A stretch of 62,747 nt of DNA, filler included, from Aduncisulcus paluster (Eukaryota): NCBI GenBank assembly GCA_024181965.1. It is 5 parts of 5 records of this genome, joined end to end, with 100 filler letters (N's around TTAATTAATTAA, not from the genome) between each part and the next. Parts side by side here need not be neighbours in the genome. Positions count along the whole stretch, not along the records: positions 1 to 13,790 come from BQXS01012527.1; 4 more parts are not named here. One strand, written 5' to 3'. Positions 1-9,886 of the stretch are shown here, piece by piece (the stretch's first letter is position 1; each line of letters begins with the position of its first letter). A model generated the notes under the pieces. It saw nothing but the letters and a program-made list of their open reading frames with translations. It had not been told where the DNA came from and did no database searches. Position numbers and translations under genes: made by a program.

Positions 1-1475
1 CGGGCACTGAATCCACCCATAGAATCATGATCTTCTTGGTTAGCACTGACAGTGATGGAGTCAACAGAAGCTGGGTGGCAGAGAACCTTGTCTTCACTGA
101 CAAGTGAGGCAGCAGTGTATTGGGCAATCATATATCCGGAGCAAAGTCCCTTCTCTTTCACAAGGAAGGCAGGGAGCTCACCACCATTGCTTGGAGGGTT
201 GCACATACGATCAACCCTACGTTCAGAAATGCTAGCAAGTTCATGAATTCCAATAGCAAGGTAATCCAAGGCTTTAGCTGGGTACTCTGCATGGAAGTTA
301 CCACCACTCCTACTATCACCCTCTCCTTTCTCTCCACCTTCAACAAAGAAAATCATAGGGTTATCAGTGGCAGAATTGAGCTCAATACGCATCAAACTAT
401 CAACCCAAGACACAGTATCGTGGGAAATACCATGGACTTGAGGGATGCAACGAAGGGAATAGGCATCTTGGACTTTTCCCTTGTATCCGTGATCAAGCCA
501 CATCTCACTCCTTGAAACAACTTTACCAGCCTCATCAGCCTCCCTAATACACTCGGTAGCAGAGGGTTTGTTAGTGAGAATACGCCTCATCCTCTTGGCA
601 ACATCAATCTGGCCAGTGTGGGGTCTGACGGCATGGATACGATGCTCAAGGGCATCAGGAGTTCCTCTCAAGGCTTCAATGGACATGGCAGCTGCAATAT
701 CAGCAGTCAAGGCCGCATTCTTGGCACGGATCAGAGCAGTAGTTCCAATGGAAGAAATAAATTGAGTTCCATTGATTAGAGCAAGTCCTTCTTTTGGAGC
801 CAATTCAACGGGTTCAATTCCATACTTCTTGAGCACATCAGCAGAAGGTTTGTAATCGGAAAGTTCGGGATCCCACATGAGTCCTTCACCAATAACACCA
901 AGGGCAGCATGAGCAAGAGGGGCCAAATCACCACTGGCTCCAACAGTTCCCTTGGAAGGAATAAGAGGAATAAGATATTTGTTGTGACACTCTATATATG
1001 TTTTGATTGTTTCAACTCGGGCACCAGAACATCCTTTAGCTAGAACATTCACACGAAGAGCCATCATCATACGTGCTTGTTCCACAGGGATTGGTTCTCC
1101 AACACCAGCAGCATGCGATACGATTAAATTGCGTTGAAGAGCTGCTAATTCATCAGGGGGGATAATAACCTGAGCATTTGCACCGAATCCAGTGTTAATG
1201 CCATAAACTGTCCGTTTTTCTTCGACAATACGATCGATAACAGCACGAGATTTTTCAACACGTTTCCAGGCATCTTCTGTTAAAGCAATATGATAATTTG
1301 GATCACGAACCTTGAATAAATCTTCAGGGGTAAGTGTTAATCCATCCAAATAAATAATTTCAGGCTAAATAGAGAGAATATGTTGGATTGACAAAAATGC
1401 GTGAGAAAAAGCATGAAATCGAAAAAATATAACAAATTACAAAATAATTTAGAATAAACCAAAGAATCATACCAT
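1..1475 (-). CDS. HAL: Histidine ammonia-lyase (3' end runs off the window); exons 1473-1475 (ATG only) and 1364-<1
   Basis: My minus-strand translation (absent from the ORF track): VYGINTGFG, LIVSHAAG (HAL-type SH), GTVGASGDLAPLAH (MIO-forming ASG), KVQDAYSLRCIPQVHG, GGNFHAEYPAKALD, SANQEDHDSMGG. Intron 1365-1472 reads GTATGA..TAG. Confidence 0.95.
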
Positions 1476-1806
1476 TTTTCGTGGAGTAATAATGTCAAAA
1501 AGTGTCAAATGTTTTCAAACCAAAGAAAAATAATTTTATATAGATCTAATCATATCTTCATCCTCTATCTTATACCTCCTCTTATAATTGTTAAGATATT
1601 TTGGAAGAAAGTGAGAATGTATGAATATTGAGAATTATTAATCATGGAATTATTAAGGGACGCATCCTGAGGATCGACTATGAAGGATATGATGCCTCTT
1701 TATTTGGATATGGGATACTTGATATGTTGTGATTTTAAGTTCAATCGAGAATAATGGACAGATATTCGGAGCTTGGAAATATGATTCGAAAAAAGAACTG
1801 GCTGCC

Positions 1807-2397
1807 TCACAGAATTAACTCAAGATCTTCAAGAGGCATCATTGAGAAAGCTTCTTCCCATGAAGCTACAAAATCAAACATTTTGCGTGGCAGGCGAACT
1901 GCCATTTGACTAGAAATGGTTTGTGGAGCCATCCCTTGCATCCCAACTCTAATGATATTATGAGCGATAATTTGAACATTGAAACCGATTTTTCGATGCA
2001 TCTTCACAAACACATTATCCCCATTTTCCAATAGGTTATAATGAGCATCGGTTGTTTGGTGGGTTGTCGCAAGGAAAGCAGAGGCTTCATTATCGGCACT
2101 TTCTTTTTCAGCAAGATAAGCACCCACAGGATCTTCAATGTGGGAAAAGTACCGAGAATCACAACTCAATATTCCGTGTTCAGTTGAAACATAGGCACAT
2201 TCATCATGGTCATTTAATCCGATACACACACCACAAAGTGGCTTCTCGAGACCTAAATAAGGGATAGGAGAATTAAGTAAAACTGATTGACCAGCTTTAA
2301 TTTCGGTATCAGCAAGAGGAAGAGTGGCAAAAGATCCTTCTAATTTTAACTTTTCGATACCTTCGGATTCTTCGTAGCTACTATCTTCTTCGGACAT
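1807..2397 (-). CDS. Hypothetical protein, 196 aa
   Basis: ATG-started ORF between AT-rich spacers with plausible globular composition; no family recognised. Confidence 0.7.
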   Translation of the reverse strand: MSEEDSSYEESEGIEKLKLEGSFATLPLADTEIKAGQSVLLNSPIPYLGLEKPLCGVCIGLNDHDECAYVSTEHGILSCDSRYFSHIEDPVGAYLAEKESADNEASAFLATTHQTTDAHYNLLENGDNVFVKMHRKIGFNVQIIAHNIIRVGMQGMAPQTISSQMAVRLPRKMFDFVASWEEAFSMMPLEDLELIL

Positions 2398-2616
2398 TTT
2401 TTCGGGTAATATATTGTATTATAAAGATGTTTGGAACAATTATATTGTTTTGGGAAAAATAAGATCGGTGGGTTTGTCGAAAACGACACTGTCTCCAAAA
2501 AGAATTCCTCATAAGGTAAATTGAATAACAAAGGGAAAATAATATGAGGGTTTCGAGAAAATAGTTCCAGAATTTATTTAAAAATAATAAAAAGTTGTTA
2601 ATATCAGAGAGGAAAA

Positions 2617-3825
2617 TTATCTACCTCCTTTGAATCCAGGTTCATCCATTTCCATGGTTCTCTTCATGGCTCTTGAACTCCATTTAAAGAATTCGGGGAA
2701 GGGTTCTTTCTTTGGGTAGGGAACAGTTTCTTTAACGGTCAAACTCTTGTTTTTGAGCTTGATTTCCTGGCTTAGACGTTTCAGGCAAGGGAGAAGCTCT
2801 TCACTCGTTAAAGCAACGAAATAATCATGTCTATGTTGCTCTGTTTTGATATGCCGAGTGTAATTATGATATTCTTCACCACAGACAGAGCAATAACCTT
2901 TTGTATTGTCTTCTTCAATAGGGACTTTGCTATACTTGTCAGCATTACTGGAGCCACACATAGATTGTTTCGCACGTTGAATGAGAATGGAAGCAGCGAC
3001 ACGGCGACCACTAGTTGTCCGGGAATATTGATTTAGATAGGTTCGGTATAAGGAAGCGAGATGCCTGGCAGCTTCGGCTTCACGTCCATCAACACCACAT
3101 CTAAGAATACGTTGAGTCTCTTGTAGGGCCAATCTGTAAGCTTCAACGGCGCATTGATATGAAGACAGGAATAATGCCGGAGTAAGAGTATCACCATTGA
3201 TAATACGTCTGGGAACTCTTGTCAAAGTGAGATCAGTCGTGTAAGCAAGACGACAATCATCAACATAATACCAGGGCAGGAGGGGAGAATCACAAGAAAA
3301 TGGGAGTCTCTGTTCAAGAGCATAATATCCTGGGTATCTTGTATGGAGTAATAAAGGGCGATATCCACGCTGGGGTCTTGCTAATACGGGAAATTCTGAA
3401 GTAAATGACAATGGGGCATATTTATGTTCAGTGTCCTGAATGTGAATCACAGTATTTGTTTGGCTTGATGAATCATATGGCATATAATGGCCAATACGAC
3501 GCATACGTTCACGAGTTTTAGTTAGAACAAGATTAACAGCTCTTACTACGTCTTTTCTAGTCATATACTTGCAAGTAAACTCGGGAGGCAACTTGTGGGA
3601 TTCTGGGGGATTCTCAGGATCCGCGCAAACACAATACACATATTGACGTCTCTGATCCGGAGTTCTGTGGAGGTATTTTTGTTGTTCAATGCAAGTAATT
3701 ACATTGATTCTTTTTGTTCTCAGTTTCTCGGCCAACCTCAATAATTTGGTTTCTTTATCGGCTTTTGGCATAATGTACACCGCATAATCACGGCGTAATT
3801 CTTGGATATTGGCCGGCTCAAACAT
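2617..3825 (-). CDS. DBF4: Dbf4/ASK-like DDK regulatory subunit (DBF zinc finger)
   Basis: C-terminal KGYCSVCGEEYHNYTRHIKTEQH fits the zf-DBF CCHH motif C. VIHIQDTEHKYAPL..SEFPVL resembles motif M. First ATG is at 3825. Confidence 0.65.
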   Translation of the reverse strand: MFEPANIQELRRDYAVYIMPKADKETKLLRLAEKLRTKRINVITCIEQQKYLHRTPDQRRQYVYCVCADPENPPESHKLPPEFTCKYMTRKDVVRAVNLVLTKTRERMRRIGHYMPYDSSSQTNTVIHIQDTEHKYAPLSFTSEFPVLARPQRGYRPLLLHTRYPGYYALEQRLPFSCDSPLLPWYYVDDCRLAYTTDLTLTRVPRRIINGDTLTPALFLSSYQCAVEAYRLALQETQRILRCGVDGREAEAARHLASLYRTYLNQYSRTTSGRRVAASILIQRAKQSMCGSSNADKYSKVPIEEDNTKGYCSVCGEEYHNYTRHIKTEQHRHDYFVALTSEELLPCLKRLSQEIKLKNKSLTVKETVPYPKKEPFPEFFKWSSRAMKRTMEMDEPGFKGGR

Positions 3826-4515
3826 GTGAGTGATCAAAATAGACTAAAAGATCATCGAAATACCGAATGGATTAATGCAAATAAGTAGAGACATATCTTC
3901 ATTAAATTCGTGATAATAAATGAGAGTCCATTTGAAATTGTGAAATATTTATTTTTTTGTTGCATGATCGAAGTCATTAGCTAGAATGTCTTCTGGGCAG
4001 TTAATTTGTAGTTAAAATTTCCTTAAATAACATTTTTAGAAAATAACATAACATATAAGAAATATATCTTCTGGAATTGCAAAAAATATTTTGAAGAAAT
4101 ACACNNNNNNNNNNNNNNNNNNNNATCAAAATAGACTAAAAGATCATCGAAATACCGAATGGATTAATGCAAATAAGTAGAGACATATCTTCATTAAATT
4201 CGTGATAATAAATGAGAGTCCATTTGAAATTGTGAAATATTTATTTTTTTGTTGCATGATCGAAGTCATTAGCTAGAATGTCTTCTGGGCAGTTAATTTG
4301 TAGTTAAAATTTCCTTAAATAACATTTTTAGAAAATAACATAACATATAAGAAATATATCTTCTGGAATTGCAAAAAATATTTTGAAGAAATACACTCAG
4401 TTTGAGTCGACTAAAATCAAGAGTCATGTATGAAATCGAATAGGGACATCGAAAACAATAGAATAGCGAAATGTTTGAATATATAGAGTTTATTCATGAG
4501 CATTCTAGGCCTTGC

Positions 4516-5202
4516 TTAACGGTAAGACTTCTGACGTCTGGCACGGGCACCACGTCCACCTAAAATTTTCAAAAAAAAACAAATAAAAAAAGACAAGTCA
4601 ATAAAGGGATAACTAAAATTATTAGAAAAGAAATATTCTACAAAAAACATACCGAATTTCTTAGCCTCAGCACGACGAGGATCAGCAACAAGAAGAGAAC
4701 GGTCGTGTTCAGTGATCATAGCCTTAATTTCGTTCTTGGTAACTTCATCTTTGTCTATAATATTAAAATTAGTGAATTAAAATTAGAATAAAAAGAGGGA
4801 ATGGTGAGTAATTGAGAAAATAAGGAACTATAGGGGACAATTAGAATATAAACATACATTTAGCGTAGAAAGCAACAACTCCGCGGGCAATAGCCTGGCG
4901 GATGGCGTAAACCTGAGCGATGTAACCACCACCAGTTACACGAACACGGATATCAACTTGACCAAAACGCTCACGACCCAAAACGTGGAATGGCTCGTGG
5001 AGCTTAGCACGGAGGGCCTCAGGGCGGACCAAGTTCAAAGGAACACCGTTAACTCTAACGGATCCACGTCCCTTGGTAACATGAGCAACAGCGGTAGCAT
5101 TTTTCTGGGGAACAAAGTAAATACAGAACTATAAATAATAAAAACAAATTTCAGTTAATTTAAAATACATACTTTACGACCGAAAGTCTTCACAAGATCC
5201 AT
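4516..5202 (-). CDS. RPS16: 40S ribosomal protein S16 (uS9); exons 5173-5202, 4858-5104, 4653-4754, 4516-4559
   Basis: Spliced product [18 protein letters not shown]...[19 protein letters not shown]...[31 protein letters not shown]. Three GTATGT..AG introns keep the frame. Confidence 0.97.
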
Positions 5203-5511
5203 CTCTATCGCCAAATCGAAGAAATATGGATTGGTCTATTTTTATACAAGAGTGAGATTGTGAGAAAATGTCTCTAACCCGGTGATTACAAATAATCACG
5301 TGTTTTTAATAGATTAATTTTGTTTTATATACGCCTTATAATTAAGATAAAAGGGAATTCATAAATATAATTAACTCTATCAATGGATACAAGATTGTTC
5401 CCTCTCAGACGTTATTTATGATCTATCAACCATTTATATATTGATATGAACAATAATAAGTCAAATATAATTTCAATAATTTATTATTTTCAAAAGGAAA
5501 GTGTCTGATGA

Positions 5512-6570
5512 CTACACAACTTTCATCAACTCAACTGCAACTCCTCCCGGAGTTAATGCTCCGTATTCGGTAAATATTAGAGAAATATACCCAGGGGGAG
5601 TATAATCAGATGAATAACAAACATATTCCACTTCAGCTTCTCTACGGCACCCTACCGCAACAGAGTCTGAAGTAATGCATTTTCCACGGGCCATTTCTTC
5701 ACGTGTTTTTCCTGGAATACCAATACTCTCCTGTAATTTCGATATTCCTTTGCCTTCCTCCTTCCTGATATCAGAACCATCAAGAGGAAATGAAGAATCA
5801 AATTTATATAATTCGGCCGCAATGTAAACGGGAACTGAATGTAAATGGGCAATAAACGCAAGTTGATGAGTTCCTTGGCGATTGAGCACTCCACCACTTT
5901 TGAAGACACACTCAGCACCACAAAGAACAAAATCAACACTTTTAATATGCGATATAACGTCTCCATCTGTTATAATTCTAATTTTTACACTTTGTTGACG
6001 AAGTTTTGAGAGTAAAGTTCGGGTTTGATCCACATCAGATCCTTGTAAGACAGTTAAAGACACAGGGGATGGAGATGCTGAAATTAACTTCTTAACAACA
6101 GCTAGAACAACACGACTATACCCTAATGTCATAATACGCATTCCTTCACAAGATATTCTTGAAGAATGAGTATCAGCAGGAGTATGAGTTGTCTGGATGA
6201 AAGATGATGCTGTATCAGCAATTCTCTCCCGGGATGTCTGAGATATTTCGATCCAACGTTTAGCAGCAGTCAAAACTGCATCGCGACAACTGGAAAAACT
6301 TGAAAATGATCGGGAGGCGGACACTTCAATAAGAGTGGATAAAAACAATTTACAACCACTAACGACGCTATATTCTTCATAAAATGATTCAATAACTTGG
6401 TCAGTTGCATTTTTAATCTTTTCTCTCAATTCCATTATTGTTGTAACAGTAGCCTCCTCAAGAACAGCAGTTAATGCCTTAAAAGCAGCAACTGTATAAG
6501 GTATATCTTTATCTTCACTTATAATCTGTTGACACTTTTGCACAACAGCAGGAATACCTTGAGATATCAT
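5512..6570 (-). CDS. EIF2B1: Translation initiation factor eIF2B alpha subunit (IF-2B family)
   Basis: VAAFKAL..TTIMEL..SGCKLF N-terminus, TLGYSRVV, VDFVLCGAECVFKSGGVLNRQGT, VPVYIAAELYKF, DYTPPGYISLIFTEYGALTP. Confidence 0.88.
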   Translation of the reverse strand: MISQGIPAVVQKCQQIISEDKDIPYTVAAFKALTAVLEEATVTTIMELREKIKNATDQVIESFYEEYSVVSGCKLFLSTLIEVSASRSFSSFSSCRDAVLTAAKRWIEISQTSRERIADTASSFIQTTHTPADTHSSRISCEGMRIMTLGYSRVVLAVVKKLISASPSPVSLTVLQGSDVDQTRTLLSKLRQQSVKIRIITDGDVISHIKSVDFVLCGAECVFKSGGVLNRQGTHQLAFIAHLHSVPVYIAAELYKFDSSFPLDGSDIRKEEGKGISKLQESIGIPGKTREEMARGKCITSDSVAVGCRREAEVEYVCYSSDYTPPGYISLIFTEYGALTPGGVAVELMKVV

Positions 6571-7282
6571 GAAGAATAGGATAAATGGATACGACCGAAT
6601 AAATAGAAGGAAAAATCAGAAAATTTGCAAAAAGATAAATACTATAAATATATACAAAATAAATTCGCAAACATACCGTCTCCACTATCTTCCATTGCTC
6701 TCCAATCGGCATGAATAGTTCAATCATTTACCTCGTTGTTTTGAACAGAAAAAAAGAAATAAAATACCTTAATATGTGCCTTTTAATAATAATTCTGCAG
6801 GTATAATATTCATATCATGCAAATTGGCGAGAATGAAAAAAATTGATCGTGACTGAATATATTTACTCCAAAAAAATATTTAAAGAAGAAATTCGGGTTA
6901 AACATAATACGTAATGATAGAACTGATTGTTTTAAAGTGATTTCAAGGTAAGAAAACATGGATCATCAAAATCTTGCCAAGATTTACCTCAGTGAGGTAA
7001 TTTTGAACCTGAAGAATCAATAATCAATTCTCCAACTCTTGTCTGATACCAAAGGCACAACCACTGAGTAAATAGAACTCACTCTCTCGGATCCCTCGCT
7101 CACTTTGATGCACATAGAGCATGTCTCCTCAATGTGGACGGCTGAGGGCAGGGAGGACACAGGAGAGAGGAGGACCCACAGGAAGGAGGAGAGGGATGAT
7201 AGGGTGAAAGAAGAAGCTGATTGATATAATTATAAATTGTTGATTTGCAATTATATTGTTTTCAAACGAACATCATCTAAAT

Positions 7283-9583
7283 TCAAATCCATTTTTCCAT
7301 TAGTTTGGTCATATTTGTAATATATTCGTCAGAACATTGGGTACATGCTTCAGAAATAATGTACAATCTGAGTTTTGGAATGAATACATCCCAGAAAACA
7401 GGCAGTGTTTGTCCTTTAAGTTGTTTGACCCTTCCAAGGACTTTGGTGGCAATCTCCTCAGGAGGCATCTTGCTTGAGTCGATTCCTGAACAACACTCAA
7501 GGATGAGACGATTATCAGCAATATCTGAGATACCAAGGATGCGACTTCTGATTCGATCCAGGATTGTTGTTTGCTCCAAATTATCACCAATATATACGTC
7601 AACGACATCAAGGAGCATGTGAAATGTCTCAGCTCTAAAACAATACCCTGTGAGAGTGTCGTGGCTATCTTGGATTGGTTTGACAAGATGATCAGCATGA
7701 ACAATGAGAACATCAAGCAAATTTGAACAAGAGAACATGAAGAACTCAGATTGGGGATATAGAGTGCCCAAAACACACGTGAGGACACAAATGGAGGCGA
7801 ACGAAGCAGGAGGGCAAGTGGCTTCAAGTTTTGAGAGGGAGGATTTCAACCTACTCTGGACATCACCTTCAAGACGAGCAAGTAATCCGTTTGACTTTGC
7901 TTGACTTTGGAGGAATAATGATTCGCGTAGGGTGAGGAGGGGAGAGAGGAGAGGAGTGAGGGAAGGATTGTGGGGGAAAGCGAGGAGAGCGAACATCGAG
8001 ACCGAGCGTTCCTTCTTTGGTGGGGAGTCTTTTTCATCGACAAGTTCCCAAGATGATGAGTCACTTGTCCCTTTCTTCTTGGTCTCTTCTCCTTCCCTTT
8101 TATCGTCATCCTTTTCGTGATTTGAAGGAGAATCGATTGAACTTGCATCGTCATGTTTATGTGAAGGACCAATGTCCATGTCTTCCAGATATTTCTGCCT
8201 TTTCCTTGCACTATCCCGAATATCAATACACACATCATTGAGACAAACTCCGACACCAAGACAGCACATCCAATCACGTGAGGCAAGGTACTGGAGCGTT
8301 GAAGAGAGGAATTTAAGCGATCTTCCGCATGTTTCTTGGAACACAGCAGCAGGAATAGACTCCCCAGTGCCAGAAATGGATACAGTTCCAGAAACTGAGG
8401 TCGGAGCAGAGTATGAGTCGTATTCTTGGCTATATTGGGAACCAAACGGTGTCGATGTGAAGAGAGAATGGCAAAATGTAAGCTCAATGCTGAATATACG
8501 GATGCATTCACGAAGACAATCAAGACAGGCCAACTCAACAGATATGGGTGAAATTCCCTGTTTCTTTTTCATGATTTTCTGTGCTTTATGAATGTGTTTA
8601 AGCTCAGCACTAGAAACTACATGTGAAAATGAATCATATGTTGAGATCAGAGACTGAATGTTTGGAAATAGATTGTGAGACTGGACAAACTCAAGTAATG
8701 AGCCAATTGATGAGCTTGGAGTGCAAAGACGTTCTTTGAGCATGTCACATCTCTTTTTCTGGCAAATGTCCATGATAGATTTGATATTGGCTATTCCATG
8801 GGAAGCAATCGTTGTTGTTAGGGCTGGATACTCTGTTCCAATGTTTCCACTGAGACGATCGGTTTTTCCTTTTGAATCGAATGCAAATGAATCTAAAGAA
8901 GGAATTGAATCTGTCCGAGAAAGGATAACACAAGCGATACAAACTGATTGGACATAAAGAAAAATCTTCTTCCGAATGGCCCTTGTATATTTATCAATAA
9001 ATTCACGATGGCTATCTGGAGCATGAAGTTCAAGGAATTTAACGAGACTTCGGCAATCAGATAATAATTCAATGTGGAAGGTACAACTTGAGGAAGCTTG
9101 GGAAACTGTATCAAGTTTGGAGAATAAAAAGTTCTTAATTCTATCTATGGCAACATCAGTAAGTTTCATGAGAGTCTTTTTAGCATCGAAAATTGCACGG
9201 AGTGATTCTACATGCTCAAACTCTGCTTCTTTCTTTTGTATAAAAATAATTTTATCAGAAAGCCGTTTTAATGCTTCTGGAAATTGTATTGTGTCGATGG
9301 GTCCATCAACAATAATGTGAATGACAGATGGTGTACACACAGCTGAATCAAGAAAATCAGAGATAGCTGCATGAACAACTCTACGATTTGATAACGATTG
9401 ATTAATTTTAAAGGTATCTTTTTGGACAACTCCGATTTCATCAGCGATACCTTTGATTTTTTCATTGAAGGATGTTAGTTGGGTTTGTATAGATAATAAA
9501 GCAGAATCACAGGAGTCTAAATACTCTTCAAAATGTTCATAATCTTCTTTTGATTCCTTAATAGTGTCTAACAAGCTTTCCAT
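7283..9583 (-). CDS. VPS52: Vps52 (GARP/EARP subunit)
   Basis: N-terminal coiled coil CDSALLSIQTQLTSF..IADEI..Q...INQSLSNRR..ISDFLDSAVCTPSVIHIIVDGPI matches the Vps52 pattern. ATG at 9583; the upstream ORF extension is AT-rich and probably non-coding. Confidence 0.8.
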   Translation of the reverse strand: MESLLDTIKESKEDYEHFEEYLDSCDSALLSIQTQLTSFNEKIKGIADEIGVVQKDTFKINQSLSNRRVVHAAISDFLDSAVCTPSVIHIIVDGPIDTIQFPEALKRLSDKIIFIQKKEAEFEHVESLRAIFDAKKTLMKLTDVAIDRIKNFLFSKLDTVSQASSSCTFHIELLSDCRSLVKFLELHAPDSHREFIDKYTRAIRKKIFLYVQSVCIACVILSRTDSIPSLDSFAFDSKGKTDRLSGNIGTEYPALTTTIASHGIANIKSIMDICQKKRCDMLKERLCTPSSSIGSLLEFVQSHNLFPNIQSLISTYDSFSHVVSSAELKHIHKAQKIMKKKQGISPISVELACLDCLRECIRIFSIELTFCHSLFTSTPFGSQYSQEYDSYSAPTSVSGTVSISGTGESIPAAVFQETCGRSLKFLSSTLQYLASRDWMCCLGVGVCLNDVCIDIRDSARKRQKYLEDMDIGPSHKHDDASSIDSPSNHEKDDDKREGEETKKKGTSDSSSWELVDEKDSPPKKERSVSMFALLAFPHNPSLTPLLSPLLTLRESLFLQSQAKSNGLLARLEGDVQSRLKSSLSKLEATCPPASFASICVLTCVLGTLYPQSEFFMFSCSNLLDVLIVHADHLVKPIQDSHDTLTGYCFRAETFHMLLDVVDVYIGDNLEQTTILDRIRSRILGISDIADNRLILECCSGIDSSKMPPEEIATKVLGRVKQLKGQTLPVFWDVFIPKLRLYIISEACTQCSDEYITNMTKLMEKWI

Positions 9584-9886
9584 GGTGACAAAAAATGAAA
9601 AAATTATATTCTCGTGAACTGGGACTCCACAACAAAATAACAGATTGATAAAATAAAAATTTTGGTGTTTTAATACATAAAAAATCAATTTTATTGAGAA
9701 ACTCTAACCGCAAATATTTTTTCGAAAAGGCGATTGGATTTCATTTATATTTTTATATTGATAATCTTATTAGCAGTATCTAGAATATAAGAAAGGTTTA
9801 TACGTGATCGTAATATGAGATGGCAAATGATATTTCCTTTCAAAATGATTCTCTGAGAAGTTGATGCCAAACGAGAGAGAAACATA

